DNA of 64,000 nt from Octopus vulgaris (taxonomy: Eukaryota). Shown in pieces: positions 24,955 through 38,032 of this stretch. The stretch spans positions 24,118,001-24,182,000 of the forward strand of contig OX597821.1 of assembly GCA_951406725.2 (NCBI GenBank), in the 5' to 3' direction. The translations under genes and the position numbers were made by a program. Positions within the stretch are counted from its first letter, which is position 1. Every line of letters starts with the position of its first letter. The notes under the pieces are model-generated. The model was not told the origin of the DNA, searched no databases, and saw only the letters and a program-made list of their open reading frames with translations.

Positions 24955-25842
24955 CGGAGGGTACGACGGGTAAATTATCGCCATTTTATATCTTTAATTT
25001 CGCGCATGCGCATTGTTTGTTTTTGATATTGTCGACTACACACTATAGTAGGCTCAGCTGGACACCGTCTGTGGAAAACAGCACCATGATGCAATTCACC
25101 CTACCAGAAATTTGGAAACGGAATGATGTACTGCTTGGCATTCGCGCCAAAAGCTCCAGTACAAACATTTCAGTGTGTTTGGGTGTCAATCTGACGACAG
25201 TGCAATCTGAGGACATGTATGCAGAGTGATAAAAATCAAACATTTAGTCAACATCATGGTGTTTGGAGTGATCACTAGTGATGGCTAAGTTATGCCTCCA
25301 TTCATCTTCTCACACGATCTCATACTTAACACGGAGGTCTACATCAAGTGCCTGGAGGAGGTAGTGCTGCCCTGGGTCAAGAGGGCGGCTCTGGAAGACC
25401 CTGTATCTGGCAACAGAACTCTGCACTATGCCACACAAGTAGGAGAACCCAGTCATAGCTGTCAAACAATTTCTGCAACCACATTACTCCTAACATCTGG
25501 CCACCCAACTCCCTAGACTGCAACCCCCTTGATTATTATGTGTGGAGCACAGTTGAGCGAGAGACCAACAAAACACCTTATGAGACTATAGATGAACTGA
25601 ACGCAAGGATTGTGGCAGCACTCAACAACTTAAACTAGGAGACCGTCCAGAAAAGTTCAGGAAATTCGGAAGTGGTCTGGAGGCCATGGTTGAAGCCAAT
25701 GGCAATTTTATTGAATAAATTTACTCTTTAGTATTTCAAGATATTTTAAAGTCATTTTGGTAAATATATCTGTTAAAATGAGATGTCAGTGTTATTTTCA
25801 ATTTTGCGTAATTTAAAGGACAATATATTCACCGCACCCTGT
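24955..25842 (+). mobile_element. Internally deleted DD37D (maT-type) Tc1/mariner element
   Basis: WQQ(N/D)SALCHTS...WPPNSLDCNPLDYYVW, with 37 residues between the second and third catalytic positions. Imperfect TIRs agggtacgacgggtaaattatc / gacaatatattcaccgcaccctg, followed by TA. Confidence 0.85.
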
Positions 25843-26052
25843 ATATATATATGTATGTATACACACATATACACAGCGACACACGTTTATGTAGAGGGAT
25901 TTAAAATTTAAATCGCATGACAATATATTTTCTTAACAATTTGCCCTGTTTGGCTTTATATATGTATGTGCGTGCGCGCGTATGTGTATATACATACATA
26001 TATATATACACACACAAACACAAGCACACATATATACATATATCTATATCTG

Positions 26053-26132
<80 letters not shown>

Positions 26133-26154
26133 GATCTATCTGTCTGTCTATAAA

Positions 26155-26935
26155 TATTGGCAAATTTGTTGTTGAAAAAGCACCTAAATTGGAAAAACCT
26201 GTAATTGTTTAAAATAAATTTATTTACACATATACCAAATATTTTTTTGTTTATTAATAGTAAACATTTAGAATTATAAATTTTAAAAAACATCTATAAA
26301 AGTTTCAATGCTGACAAGTTTAAATGTTCATAACAAACAAATTTAGAATTATGAATTAGCAAAACATGTTTAAAAATGTCGATGTTGACAAGTTTAAATG
26401 TTGATAACAGTCACTAATATTAAAACTGTACATGAATTTGCTTGAATGTATAAAGCTCATTAAAGTTAGTAGTCATCGACAAGAAATGATTATCATCAAA
26501 GTTTCAGTCATACTGAGTTAAGAGGGGAAAAACAAGGGAGAAATGAAGATAGTAAAAAAGGGGTTTGGTTTACAATTTCTCCGATCCTCTTTCTGTCGTG
26601 TGTAGGAACTTTCGCTTGTAACGGTGTGTTTTGGATCCGGTGTATTTATAATTTTTTCCGCGAGCGGATCTGATTTTTGATTCGTTAAAGTACTGGTGAC
26701 GTCTTGTTTTTCCGGTGGTCAAGTTAGTCGTACTGCCTGGTTGGCTTCCCTGTGGTGAACGGTCAACAGTCGTTCCGGTTGGTTTTACCATTGATAAACA
26801 AAAGATATTGTTGAAACTAGTTTGGTATATATGTAAATAAATTTATTTTAAATAATTACAAGTTTTTCAAATTTAGGTGCATTTTCAACAACAAATTTGC
26901 TTTTATTTTTTTCTGCGTGGAAATACACCCCCGCT
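26155..26935 (+). mobile_element. PLE-derived fragment with diverged inverted termini, related to the 3' region of the element at 31083-33865
   Basis: 26160-26240 is an imperfect reverse complement of 26821-26900. 26655-26725 is homologous to the 78-bp repeat unit of the Neptune-like element. Carries a hammerhead motif. Confidence 0.7.
26786..26827 (+). ncRNA. Minimal hammerhead ribozyme, U3-A8 core variant
   Basis: tacca-TTGATAA-acaa aagata ttgt t-GAAA-ctag-TT-tggta. 5-bp stem I, 4-bp stem II plus one extra nt, palindromic stem III. Confidence 0.65.
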
Positions 26936-26938
26936 TTC

Positions 26939-27006
<68 letters not shown>

Positions 27007-27039
27007 TATATGCATACATACACATATATATGAATATAT

Positions 27040-27575
27040 GGATACAGGACGTCACCATCAGTAAACAAACAACATGAAATATGAAAACGAATTAATTCAA
27101 TACTCAAACAACGAGAGAAACAAATGGAAAACAGGACAAGTAACACAAAGAATGACCCTTCATCAGTTGTCAGCTGTCTATTTACTCCTCATTTCGAGCA
27201 CTGAACGACTATATGAGTCTTCGTAGACAGTTGCTCCCATAAATGCCAAAATCAAATATGGGATTTATAGAAGGTCAAAGTTGGGAACAGGACAGTGGAG
27301 ACATACAAGGAAACCGAACGAAAACAAATATGGAGGGTCATTAGACTAGAACGAGGGTAAAATAGCGAACACTGGAGAAATATTTTCTTTGACAAGCGAA
27401 AAGATAGAAGAGAGAGATAGGATACGTCCAGTCCTTAGGACAGTCCTGAAAGAAAAGAAAGATGATCACGCGAGGAAAAGAAAGATGGACGGTAGTCACG
27501 TGAGAGCAACGAGAGAGAGAGAGTAAAGGAGAAAGAGGGAGAGAGAGAGACATATAGAAAACGGCGAAGGGAATA
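27040..27575. repeat. Dispersed (TA)n-associated repeat family, with other copies at 33950-34167 (inverted) and 35845-36390
   Basis: Shared block atagcgaacactggagaaatattttctttgaca..gataggatacgtccagtccttaggacagtcctgaaagaaaag at all three loci. Confidence 0.8.
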
Positions 27576-28407
27576 TATATACGTATATATAGAATATAAG
27601 GATAAAAATCACGTTAATGATTTTTATCAGGTAGTCAAAATGCTATAAAAATTTATAGGTAATTTATACATTAAAGTAAAATTAATATACATATGTATAT
27701 CATTCAACTACGGTAGTGGTTCAATATATTCTTAAGTCCACCGTTTCGTCAATCGCAGCAGCTTCCAAGCTTCACCACTAATTCAGTTCTCAACTAAATT
27801 GCAAACTGTTAATAGTTTTAAAGGGGACACCTGTTCAGCTACACTTTGGCATAAATAGTTTGGGATTTGGTCCACTAGAAAAAAGTTACATCAAAATATC
27901 TGTGACCTCAAGAGGGGCAGTAGAGCAGATATTCATTTTCAATTAACATAAAAAATTAACAAAAAAAATTGATGACCAATTAGATTAAGTAAATTAATAA
28001 AATAATCTCCCCCCACTCCCCGCAAGATTTAAACTACTGCAAAAAGAAATAATTTATCAAGTATTAGTCTGCGTATTATTGTTATAATTATATTTATAAT
28101 TATAACGATACAAACTAATACACTGATCCTACATTCCAAAACATATAATACGTATGTACATATAAATATGTTTGAATGGAAAAATATACGTATATATATA
28201 TTTGTGCGTGTGTGTATGTGTGCATATGCATATATACGTTCCTCATGTGTATACAGTTTCGTTCTGACATAACTGTAATAACTTTAAGATATATTGATTG
28301 CAAAATTACTATTCTTATAACTTTCAAAAATCTCCGTTTATATTTCATATTCTATATTATATCTAATATAAATAATAGAATGCATCTAGTATTAATAATA
28401 TTGATAA

Positions 28408-30133
28408 CTAGCTTTATGACCCGTCAACGCCGGGTCATAGTGCTAGTGCATGTATATATGTGTATATATATGTGTACATATCACATGTACATCTATATAT
28501 ATACATCTACACATAAAATACAAAATACAAAGTTATATCTTGATATCGCTAATGATAACAATGCTCAAAATATATAACAGACTAGAATTGTATCTTGTCC
28601 TCCCTCTTGTATAGAAGTGTGGCTACAATCCAGCCTACCTCTACTTCTGGGGGGACATTTAAAATTTTTATCCGGGACGTCCTACGTCCCAGATATAAAG
28701 GTAAAAATAAAATATTTCCACTTTGCAAAGTTCGAGTCGAGTACTCCCTTGCACGCTCCGTTGACTCGAACCATGCTTCTATTGTGGCGAATTTACCGCT
28801 CTGGTTAGATATCTTTCATAGTCGCACCAAGACACTTTTCGAAGGTGCTTTCCTCCAGGTGTTCAAATCTTTTTTTCTCTACATTGTATAATTTATAGAC
28901 AATAGTCGTTTCTTTAATTTAACTTTGTATTTCGTTTGGTGATGTTATCCTAGATTCACCGTCTTTGTCGGTGATCAATCCGAAATAGATTTGTATTTCT
29001 TCCATTTTAATTTTAATGAGTTCGCACCCGCCGACGACTGCAGCGAAAGTCATTTTTGGGCTTTCTTCTATCGAAGGCATTTTAACAAAAATGCTTCCGT
29101 ATAAACGGTGAAAATATTGTCAATTTCCCCAAACAGGGACACAATTCAATTTTTAAACAATAACCAAAGCTCCTTCACCCAAAGGGGGAGGGTTACGGTT
29201 TACAATTATTTAACAAATGCAACACAACAACGTTTCCCTTACGAGGAACCAACAAATGTGATAACAATAGTTAAACAGTAATAATAATAACAACAAACCT
29301 TACGGTGAATCAAAAAGCAGTACACAGTTGAAGCTATAGTCCTTTATGTATAAGAAATAAACCAACAGCAGTACTCAGTAGAAGCGGCTGTTCGAGAAAA
29401 CAGACATTACATACAGCCAAACTTCATATAGATACTTAATGCTAGCTAATTAACAGATAATCTAATGTAAAAGCCGTGGTAAACGGCATGTGCACAGCTC
29501 CATCTGGACTATTCCATTTCTGCACACTAATTTTATTTTTGATTTATTCCCATTCATGTGAAACCACTTATTCAAGTTCAAGTCATTGATGCAATTTTAT
29601 ACCAATTGCTATTTTTACTTGTAATTATGTTACGATTTAATTATTATATTATACTTTAGTTTGATTTTAATTATTACTTACTACATATAATTCAATTGTT
29701 ATTATTATTTCTAGTGTTTATTGTTAAAGTAAAAGTATCTGACATAAAATAGAGAAATGTTTTTGTTTCACTTTTAACACGTAATACTGAAATAGTGGAG
29801 AAGGTAGGATATTGCTATGGGTTCGCCCTAGGCAAGAAGGTGAACATTTTTTGCCCATGAAACTACATGGACCCTAAGTAAGGCATATGTAAAATTTGAA
29901 TGAATTTGGTTGTGTAGTTCTCAAGTTTTAGGGAATCATAGTGGAAAAGATATGATATTGCTGTGGGCTCGCCCTAGGCAAAAAGTTAAAAATTTTTTTG
30001 CCGATGATACTCCCCGGACCCTAAGTAAGGGATGTGTAAAATTTGAATAAAATTGGTTGTGTAGTTCTCAAGTTTTAGGGAAACACACAGACAGACAAAC
30101 AGACACACATTCTCAGTTTTATATATATAGGGA
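28408..30133 (-). mobile_element. Non-autonomous Helitron (1.7 kb)
   Basis: Minus strand starts A|TCcctatatatataaaactgagaatg and ends with hairpin atgacccg..cgggtcat, then aaagCTAG|T. Internal roughly 140-bp tandem duplication at 29805-30080. A fragment of the same 5' end lies at about 35700-35840. Confidence 0.7.
28585..29080 (-). pseudogene. Degenerate coding fragment resembling a non-LTR retrotransposon ORF1
   Basis: Minus strand reads MPSIEESPKMTFAAVVG...FATIEAWFESTERAREYSTRTLQSGNILFLPLYLGRRTSRIKILNVPPEVEVGWIVATLL with a few stops. Confidence 0.4.
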
Positions 30134-30220
30134 TAATTGATTATTGTGTATGCTTATAAATGTAAATATGTATGAACATTTAAGTATATATATATAAGTA
30201 TTTATGCATATTTATATATG

Positions 30221-30260
<40 letters not shown>

Positions 30261-30290
30261 TATTTATGCATATTTATATATGTATGTATA

Positions 30291-31033
<743 letters not shown>

Positions 31034-31129
31034 GATGCATATATATATATACATATATGTGTATATATATATATATATATATTTTTGTAAAAAAGAAGTT
31101 TGAAAATGCCACTATATTAGATGAATTTT

Positions 31130-31180
31130 AATTTTTACATGTTTCGGTTCTTGAAATAACGAACCTTATCAAAAAGAATT
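31130..31180 (-). ncRNA. Minimal hammerhead ribozyme, U3-A8 core variant
   Basis: Minus strand: ttt-TTGATAA-ggttc gttatttcaa gaacc-GAAA-catg-TA-aaa. Confidence 0.7.
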
Positions 31181-31562
31181 TTTTTATAATAAAGAGTATA
31201 ATGAAATAGTTCATAATTGTTTCATACATTCAATAGAGTCCATGCTATATACAATCAATAGAATCCATGTTCTTGAAAAGGCAAAAAATATATTATAAGG
31301 TGTAAGTCGTTCCTTACTGTAGTGCAGGAGTTCATTATAGATTTTACCTTGTGATCCGATGGGAGCAACAGTAGTGATTCTTGGTTGACGACTGTTAGCG
31401 TAATTTTGGTAACCTTGTGATTGTTGTGTTTATATCAGTTAAGTTGTGGCACTGTTCACTGACGTCATATAATTCCAAACCAATCAAAGCTAAGCTTCAA
31501 CGATTATAAGTAAAAGACCCCCAACTGTATCCTGTTTAGGAAACCAGCCAAGCAGAACGACA

Positions 31563-32125
31563 AGTTTGACCACGGAAGAAAAACGTCATCAATTTTTTAG
31601 CGGATCAAAATTAGATCTGACCCATAATTGTATCCTGGTTAGTTTGACCACGGAAGAAAAACGTCATCAATTTTTTAGCGAATCAAAGTCAGATCTGACC
31701 CATAATTGTAACCTGGTTAGTTTGACCACGGAAGAAAAACGTCATCAATTTTTTAACGAATCAAAGTCAGATCTGACCCATAATTGTATCCTGTTAGGTG
31801 GCTAGTTTGACCACGGAAGAAAAACGTCATCAATTTTTTAGCGAATCAAAGTCAGATCTGACCCATAATTGTATCCTGTTAGGTGGCTAGTTTGACCACG
31901 GAAGAAAAACGTCATCAATTTTTTAGCGAATCAAAGTCAGATCTGACCCATAATTGTATCCTGGTTAGTTTGACCACGGAAGAAAAACGTCATCAATTTT
32001 TTAACGAATCAGAATTAGACCTGACCCATAACTGTATCTTGTAGGGAAACCAATCAAGCATGGCGACAAGCTTGACCACTGGGGTAAAACGTCATCAATT
32101 TTTTGACTAATCAAAATCAGATCTG
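31563..32125. repeat. Tandem array of 78/85-bp units (about 7 copies) inside the PLE
   Basis: Unit agtttgaccacggaagaaaaacgtcatcaattttttagcgaatcaaagtcagatctgacccataattgtatcctg(g/ttaggtggc) starts at 31563, 31641, 31719, 31804, 31889 and 31967, plus a diverged copy near 32069. Confidence 0.9.
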
Positions 32126-32368
32126 TTCGCAGAGAAAAAAATTCTTTTTATAAATTTTTCCTTCCCTAAGCCATACCACTGCCAGCGGGAGTGACTGTTT
32201 AAGGATCTGAGAAATTGTAATTACCCCCACCTCCACTATTTTAATTCTCTCACTGTGGCCGTAGTAACAGTGACCACGGTGGTTGTAGTAGTGGTAGTGT
32301 TAGTGGGAGCAGTCGTAGTGGTTGTGGTAGAGTTTCGTTTTTTCTTTTCGGAAGACCAATGTTTTGTT

Positions 32369-33420
32369 TTAATATTCCTGGCCCAGGGTGTTCAAACTTG
32401 GTCTAAATTTTTTGATGAAATAAAGTTCTTTATTTTGGTGTTGCGTGAAGGTTACGCTGTCACTGAATTTGTAAAGTGGGTAAGTTGTAAATTTAGGATT
32501 TTCATTTGCAGCGCATCTATCTATGTGTCCGCTTACCGGTATTTTCCGGTATTCAGGGTTTCTAATTTGTGATTTATGCACCACCATCCTGTTACGTAAG
32601 CTATTTTTTGTATGGCCTATATATTGCCTATTGCAGCCTGCGCATGTTAAGACGTAAATTAAGTTTTCTGATGCACAGGTGAAGTTTGTTCTAATGGTGA
32701 ACTGATGGCCTTGTTCTAGTATAAATTATGAACCTTCTACTAAGATGACACAGATTCCGCAGTTGGGCCTTCCACATTTTCTAACTGCTGGTTTTGTTGT
32801 TGATGTTGGGTGCAGTTTAGCTTGGGTTAAAATCCTTTTTAAGGATTTTGGTTGCCGTTTACTTTTAATGATGGTGTGTGTTTCGAGAATCCGGTTCATC
32901 TTTGGGTCTCCCTTTAGTAGGGCTGTGCTTTGTAGTATGGTGCTGAAGGCCTCATTGTTAAGTGGGTTGTGTGTAGAGATGTAGGGAAGGGTTTTTAATT
33001 GTTCTTTCTTTTTTGGTTTTGTTTGTCTCAGGTCTTCTATACTTAATTTAAGCGCCCGTTGGATTGCACTGTCTATTAGGGGCTGTGGATAGTTTCTTTT
33101 TGTGAGTGTGGTTCTAAGTTCCTGGAGACGTGTGTGTCGGGTGTTTGTGTCTGATATTATGGTGCAAATCCTTCTAGCTAGACAAAAAGGGACATTTATT
33201 CTAGTGTGTCGTGGGTGGCATGAATCAAAGGGTAGGTACTGTTTGGAGTCTGTCGGTTTATAATAGATATCTGTCTCTATTTTGTTGCCGGTTTTCTTAA
33301 TGAGGATGTCTAAAAATGGTAATTCTTCTTCGTTATGATCCATCGGGAATTGTATATTATCATTTATTCCATTTAATAGTATTTTTAATTCCTCAAGTTT
33401 CTCTATACTTTTATCCCAGA
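32369..33420 (-). pseudogene. PLE ORF C-terminal half: RT motif E/thumb, Cys-rich linker and GIY-YIG endonuclease, one premature stop
   Basis: LPFLDILI..DIYYKPTDSKQYLPFDSCHP, then CGRPNCGIC, TAA at 32726-32728, then in frame FTCASENLIYVLTCAGCNRQYIGHTKNSLRNRMVVH...PVSGH...KELYFIKKFRPSLN. Confidence 0.9.
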
Positions 33421-33769
33421 CGTCAGTGAACAGTGCCACAACTTAACTGATATAAACACAACAATCACAAGGTTACCAAAATTACGCTAACAGTCGTCAA
33501 CCAAGAATCACTACTGTTGCTCCCATCGGAACACAAGGTAAAATCTATAATGAACTCCTGCACTACAGTAAGGAACGACTTACACCTTATAATATATTTT
33601 TTGCCTTTTCAAGAACATGGATTCTATTGATTGTATATAGCATGGACTCTATTGAATGTATGTAACAATTATGAACTGTTCCATTATACTTTTTATGTAT
33701 ATAGCATGGACTCTATTGAATGTATGAAACAATTATGAACTATTTCATTATACTCTTTATTATAAAAAA

Positions 33770-33820
33770 AATTACTTTTGATAAGGTTCGTTATTTCAAG
33801 AACCGAAACATGTAAAAATT
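33770..33820 (+). ncRNA. Minimal hammerhead ribozyme, U3-A8 core variant (inverted pLTR copy)
   Basis: tt-TTGATAA-ggttc gttatttcaa gaacc-GAAA-catg-TA-aa, with a weak AU-rich stem I. Confidence 0.65.
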
Positions 33821-33897
33821 AAAATTCATCTAATATAGTGGCATTTTCAAACTTCTTTTTACAAATATATACCCACTCGTATATGATCCAATCTTAT

Positions 33898-33945
<48 letters not shown>

Positions 33946-34165
33946 CTCTAATTCCCTTTTTCTCTCCACCGTTTTCTGTCTGTCCCCCTCTCTCCCCCTC
34001 TCTTTCTCTTTCTCTCTCTCGTTGCTCTCACGTGACCACCGTCCATCTTTCTTTTCCTCACGTGACCATTTTTCTTTTCTTTCAGGACTGTCCTAAGGAC
34101 TGGACGTATCCTATCTCTCTCTTCTATCTTTTTGTTTGTCAAAGAAAATATTTCTCCAGTGTTCG

Positions 34166-34222
<57 letters not shown>

Positions 34223-34374
34223 TACACATATATAGGCTATATGGTAAGAAGCCTGGTTCTAAGTTCAGTCCCACTGTACGGCACCTTGGGAAAATGTCTT
34301 CTATATAGCTTCGGGCCGACCAAAACGTTTTGAGTGGATTTGGTAGACGGAAACTGAAAGCCCGTCGAATTAAA

Positions 34375-34482
<108 letters not shown>

Positions 34483-35280
34483 TCATATATAGACGTTTGA
34501 GGCAGTTGGCTGTGGCCAAGCTGGATCATTGCCAATGAAAAAGTGGTCAGTAAGTCGCTACAGAAAATCTAAACTCGTACCTCTCAAATTCCGGCTAAGT
34601 GCTCGGGACCATTAAACTAAGCGACTCCTATACGCATGCATTGTATGCACTATTGAGTTTGTGTGCGTGTTTGTGTGTTCTTTCATTCTTTTACTTGTTT
34701 CATTCATTTGATAGCGACCATGCCGGAGCACCCCTTAAAGTGTTTTAGTCGAAGAAATCGACCCCAGGACTTATTTTTTGTAAGCCTATACATACGTATG
34801 CCTGCATGTATATACATGCACGTATAAATGAATGCCCGTGTACATATAGCAGTATGTGTGTGATTATATATCAACGTCAAGCATATGAAATATGCCTTTC
34901 TTTTTTCTCTCTAACCTATTTATTAAAATAAATGATTTTTGTATTACCTGTGACTCAATGTGAAAAGCTAGGGCAACACCAACAACCAACACTACCACCA
35001 TCAGTAATCAATCAGACAACCAGACAACCAACCAGCCGATCGACGAACAGACCGACCGACCGACCGACCAACGAGCCAGCCAGCCAGCCAGCCAGTCAAC
35101 CTACTGCCGTAGACATAACGTCATCGACAGTGTCAAAGTCAGGTCATCGAAGGCAATATAGCTTTGTTCAAGGACTTGTCCCCATTCCCAGGTATACCAT
35201 AACCGCAATGGTAAAATTTATTGCCACCTGACAATATTTAAAACTAATAACGACTCGCTATGCATGCCATGCTATATCAA

Positions 35281-35370
<90 letters not shown>

Positions 35371-36498
35371 ATTCTGTCTGAATAAGTTATGCGTGTGTGT
35401 GTGAGAGAGAAGGTTGTTGATATCCTGACTTCAGAACTGTATTTACGAGAGAGTCTGTGTGCCTGAGAATATGAATATTAATAATTCTTTTCCTTAAAGA
35501 TGGGCGCAAATGTGGCTGTGTGGTTAAGAAGCTTGTTTTTCAACCACGTGGTCTTAGGTTCAGTTCCACTGAGCAGTACTTAGGTCTGTATTCTTCTTCT
35601 ACAGCTCCGTGATGACCAAAGCTTTCTCAGTGAATTCGGATTCGGTGCACTAAAACTAAAATAAACCTGTTGAGCATATATTTATATATATATATATATA
35701 AATGTCTGTGTGTATGTGTTTGTGTGTGTCTGTCTGTGTGTATGTGTTTGTGTGTGTCTGTCTGTGTGAATCCCTAAAACTCGAGAACTACGCAACCGAA
35801 TTCAGTCAAAGTTTACACATGCTTTACTTAGAGTCCATGCAGTGTCTATCTACTCCTCATTTCGAGCATTGGACGACAGTATGAGTCTTCGAAGGCAGTT
35901 GCTCCTATAAGTACCAAAATAAAATTTGGGATTTATGGAGGGTCAACGTTGGGAACAAAAATACGATAGTGGAGACATACAAGGAAACCGAACGAAAACA
36001 AATATGGAGGGTCATTAGATCCTATTTTACAAGGGTAAAATAGCGAACGCTGGAGAAATATTTTCTTTCACAAGAGAAAAGATAGAAGAGAGAGATAGGA
36101 TACGTCCAGTCCTTAGGACAGTCCTGAAAGAAAAGAAAGATGATCACGCGAGGAAAAGAAAAATAGACGATGGTCACGTGTGAGGAACGAGAGGGAGAGA
36201 GAGAGAGTAAAGGAGAAAGAGGGAAAGAGACAGGCAGACAGAGACAGATAGAAAACGGTGAAGGGGAGAAAAAATGGGAATTAGAGAAAGGATAAGAGAG
36301 AAAACGATAGGGGAAAAACAGTGTAGAGTAGAGTCGCATCAAAAAGATTAAGATAAACTTACTTGGAAATGGATGCGTGGAGTGCAATCAAATAATAATA
36401 TATATATAACATGAGGATTGGAGATAACAGGTTTTAATAGTAGATCACAACATTTTTTCTGCACCGCAGACCAGCTTTAAGCTGCTGAGTTTATATTC

Positions 36499-36660
36499 AG
36501 GCGCAGGCGTGGCTGTGTGGTAAGAAGTTTGCTTCCCAACCACATGGTTCCGGGTTCAGTACCACCACGTGGCATCGTGTGCAAGTGCCTTCCACTATAG
36601 CTTCATAAGTCCTTGTAAGTGAATTTGGTTGACGGAAACTGAAAGAAGCCTGTCGTGTGT
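36499..36660 (+). mobile_element. SINE 5' half, interrupted at its internal (TA)n by PLE-type insertions
   Basis: aggcgcaggcgtggctgtgtggtaag... head. A matching 3' half resumes at about 39575-39780. Confidence 0.75.
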
Positions 36661-36665
36661 ATGTG

Positions 36666-36721
<56 letters not shown>

Positions 36722-36724
<3 letters not shown>

Positions 36725-37038
36725 GAGGTGTTTATAGCCATTTAAGAAACACACAAAAGCCGTTCGATTCACTCCAACATTTAAGTTTAATTTGTCAAAA
36801 TATTTTCGTCGCTAAAATCCGCGACCTGTTCACTGACAAAGTCCGTGCTGCATATATATTTGTCAAAATATTTTCACCTTTCAATCCGTGAGAGATGCAG
36901 CACGGACTTTGTTGTAAAAAATGACAACCCGAACGGCTTTTGTGTGTTTCTTAAATGGCTTATAAACACCTCCACGGCAATTGTTTTCGTTTCAGCACAC
37001 GATCTCAACAAATTACTTGCTATGCGAGTACATCTCCG

Positions 37039-37040
<2 letters not shown>
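36722..37040. mobile_element. Small fold-back PLE-like insertion in (TA)n
   Basis: 36724-36766 is inverted at 36930-36973, and acaaagtccgtgctgcat is inverted at 36895-36912. Contains a hammerhead variant. Confidence 0.7.
36791..36840 (-). ncRNA. Minimal hammerhead ribozyme, G3-C8 core variant
   Basis: Minus strand: tttgtca-GTGAACA-g gtcgc ggatttta gcgac-GAAA-atat-TT-tgacaaa. 7-bp stem I, 5-bp stem II, palindromic stem III. Confidence 0.75.
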
Positions 37041-37091
<51 letters not shown>

Positions 37092-37504
37092 AATTGAGAT
37101 AGGGGTTGTAAATGCAACCCTCCATGGGATAACATATATCCAATATACTGCTAGTGAAGTACCCAACAAAGTTAATACATAAATGTTAATGATTGCGATG
37201 TAATCAATTCATTTACTGTATTATATGGGCAAAGGTAAAATGATTTACCACAAATTACTAATACAAGATAAGAAAATGGAGAAATACATCTAAATCAAAT
37301 ATCAATTACCAGATAATACTCAATCACATACTTTATTAAACCACCACATAAGAGACTGTAGGGTTAGATATAAAAAGTAGAACAAATCAGTGTACATAAA
37401 GGAATGTACATAAAAAAGTGTACATAAAAGAGTAATGTTGTATAATAAGTAGAATATATATAAAAGAGAATATAAATATAAGTAAATATAAATATAAGTA
37501 TAGA

Positions 37505-37642
37505 TTACATCTTACAGCTGTTTCGGCCATGTAGATAAGTATGTCTCATTTTACCAATATTAGCCCTTTATGGTAGGTCAATATATAGATATAAATGAGA
37601 CATTTACAAAAATATCATAAGACCTCTTCGGAGATTATGTAA
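37505..37642 (-). ncRNA. Hammerhead ribozyme, U4C core (CCGAAGA), with long stem II extension
   Basis: Minus strand: ttacataatct-CCGAAGA-ggtc ... ggcc-GAAA-cagctg-TA-agatgtaa. Inner helix atgtctcatt/aatgagacat. Confidence 0.75.
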
Positions 37643-38032
37643 TATAAATCAGTCTACATATATACCCACATGGGTGTGGGTGCCTACCCATAATACAACA
37701 TATACATATACATATGAGTGCATATACTCACACTCTTATAAATATAAAAATATACTTATACATAAGTAAATAATATAAATTAGTAAACATATATATGTGT
37801 TCTACATCCAATGTCTCAGTTTTTCGACTCAATATTGTGATAATAAACATACACAAATTAGTACGTAGTTGCAAATATACATAGTCAATAGTACATTATA
37901 TTGCTTCATACTAATTTCTAAAGTGTCATTAAAGTTAGCATCATTATCATTGTCAATATCATTAATGTTATCATTATTATCATTCATAATATTATTAATA
38001 ACGCTTACATTAGGATCCAGAGCGGTATATAT

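Larger units (their letters stand above)
31083..33865 (-). mobile_element. 5'-truncated Penelope-like retroelement (Neptune-like) with inverted pseudo-LTR, inserted in (TA)n
   Basis: 31083-31465 is the reverse complement of 33420-33865 (the right arm has a roughly 60-bp internal duplication). Encloses RT-thumb and GIY-YIG coding sequence. Confidence 0.9.

Noticed and set aside
27160-27235. Minus-strand hammerhead-like pattern ctgtcta-cgaaga...gaaa...tagacag (also near 35850-35900)
   Set aside because: Stem I pairs, but stem II cannot close next to GAAA and the 3-8 pair is absent. Not callable without a family consensus.
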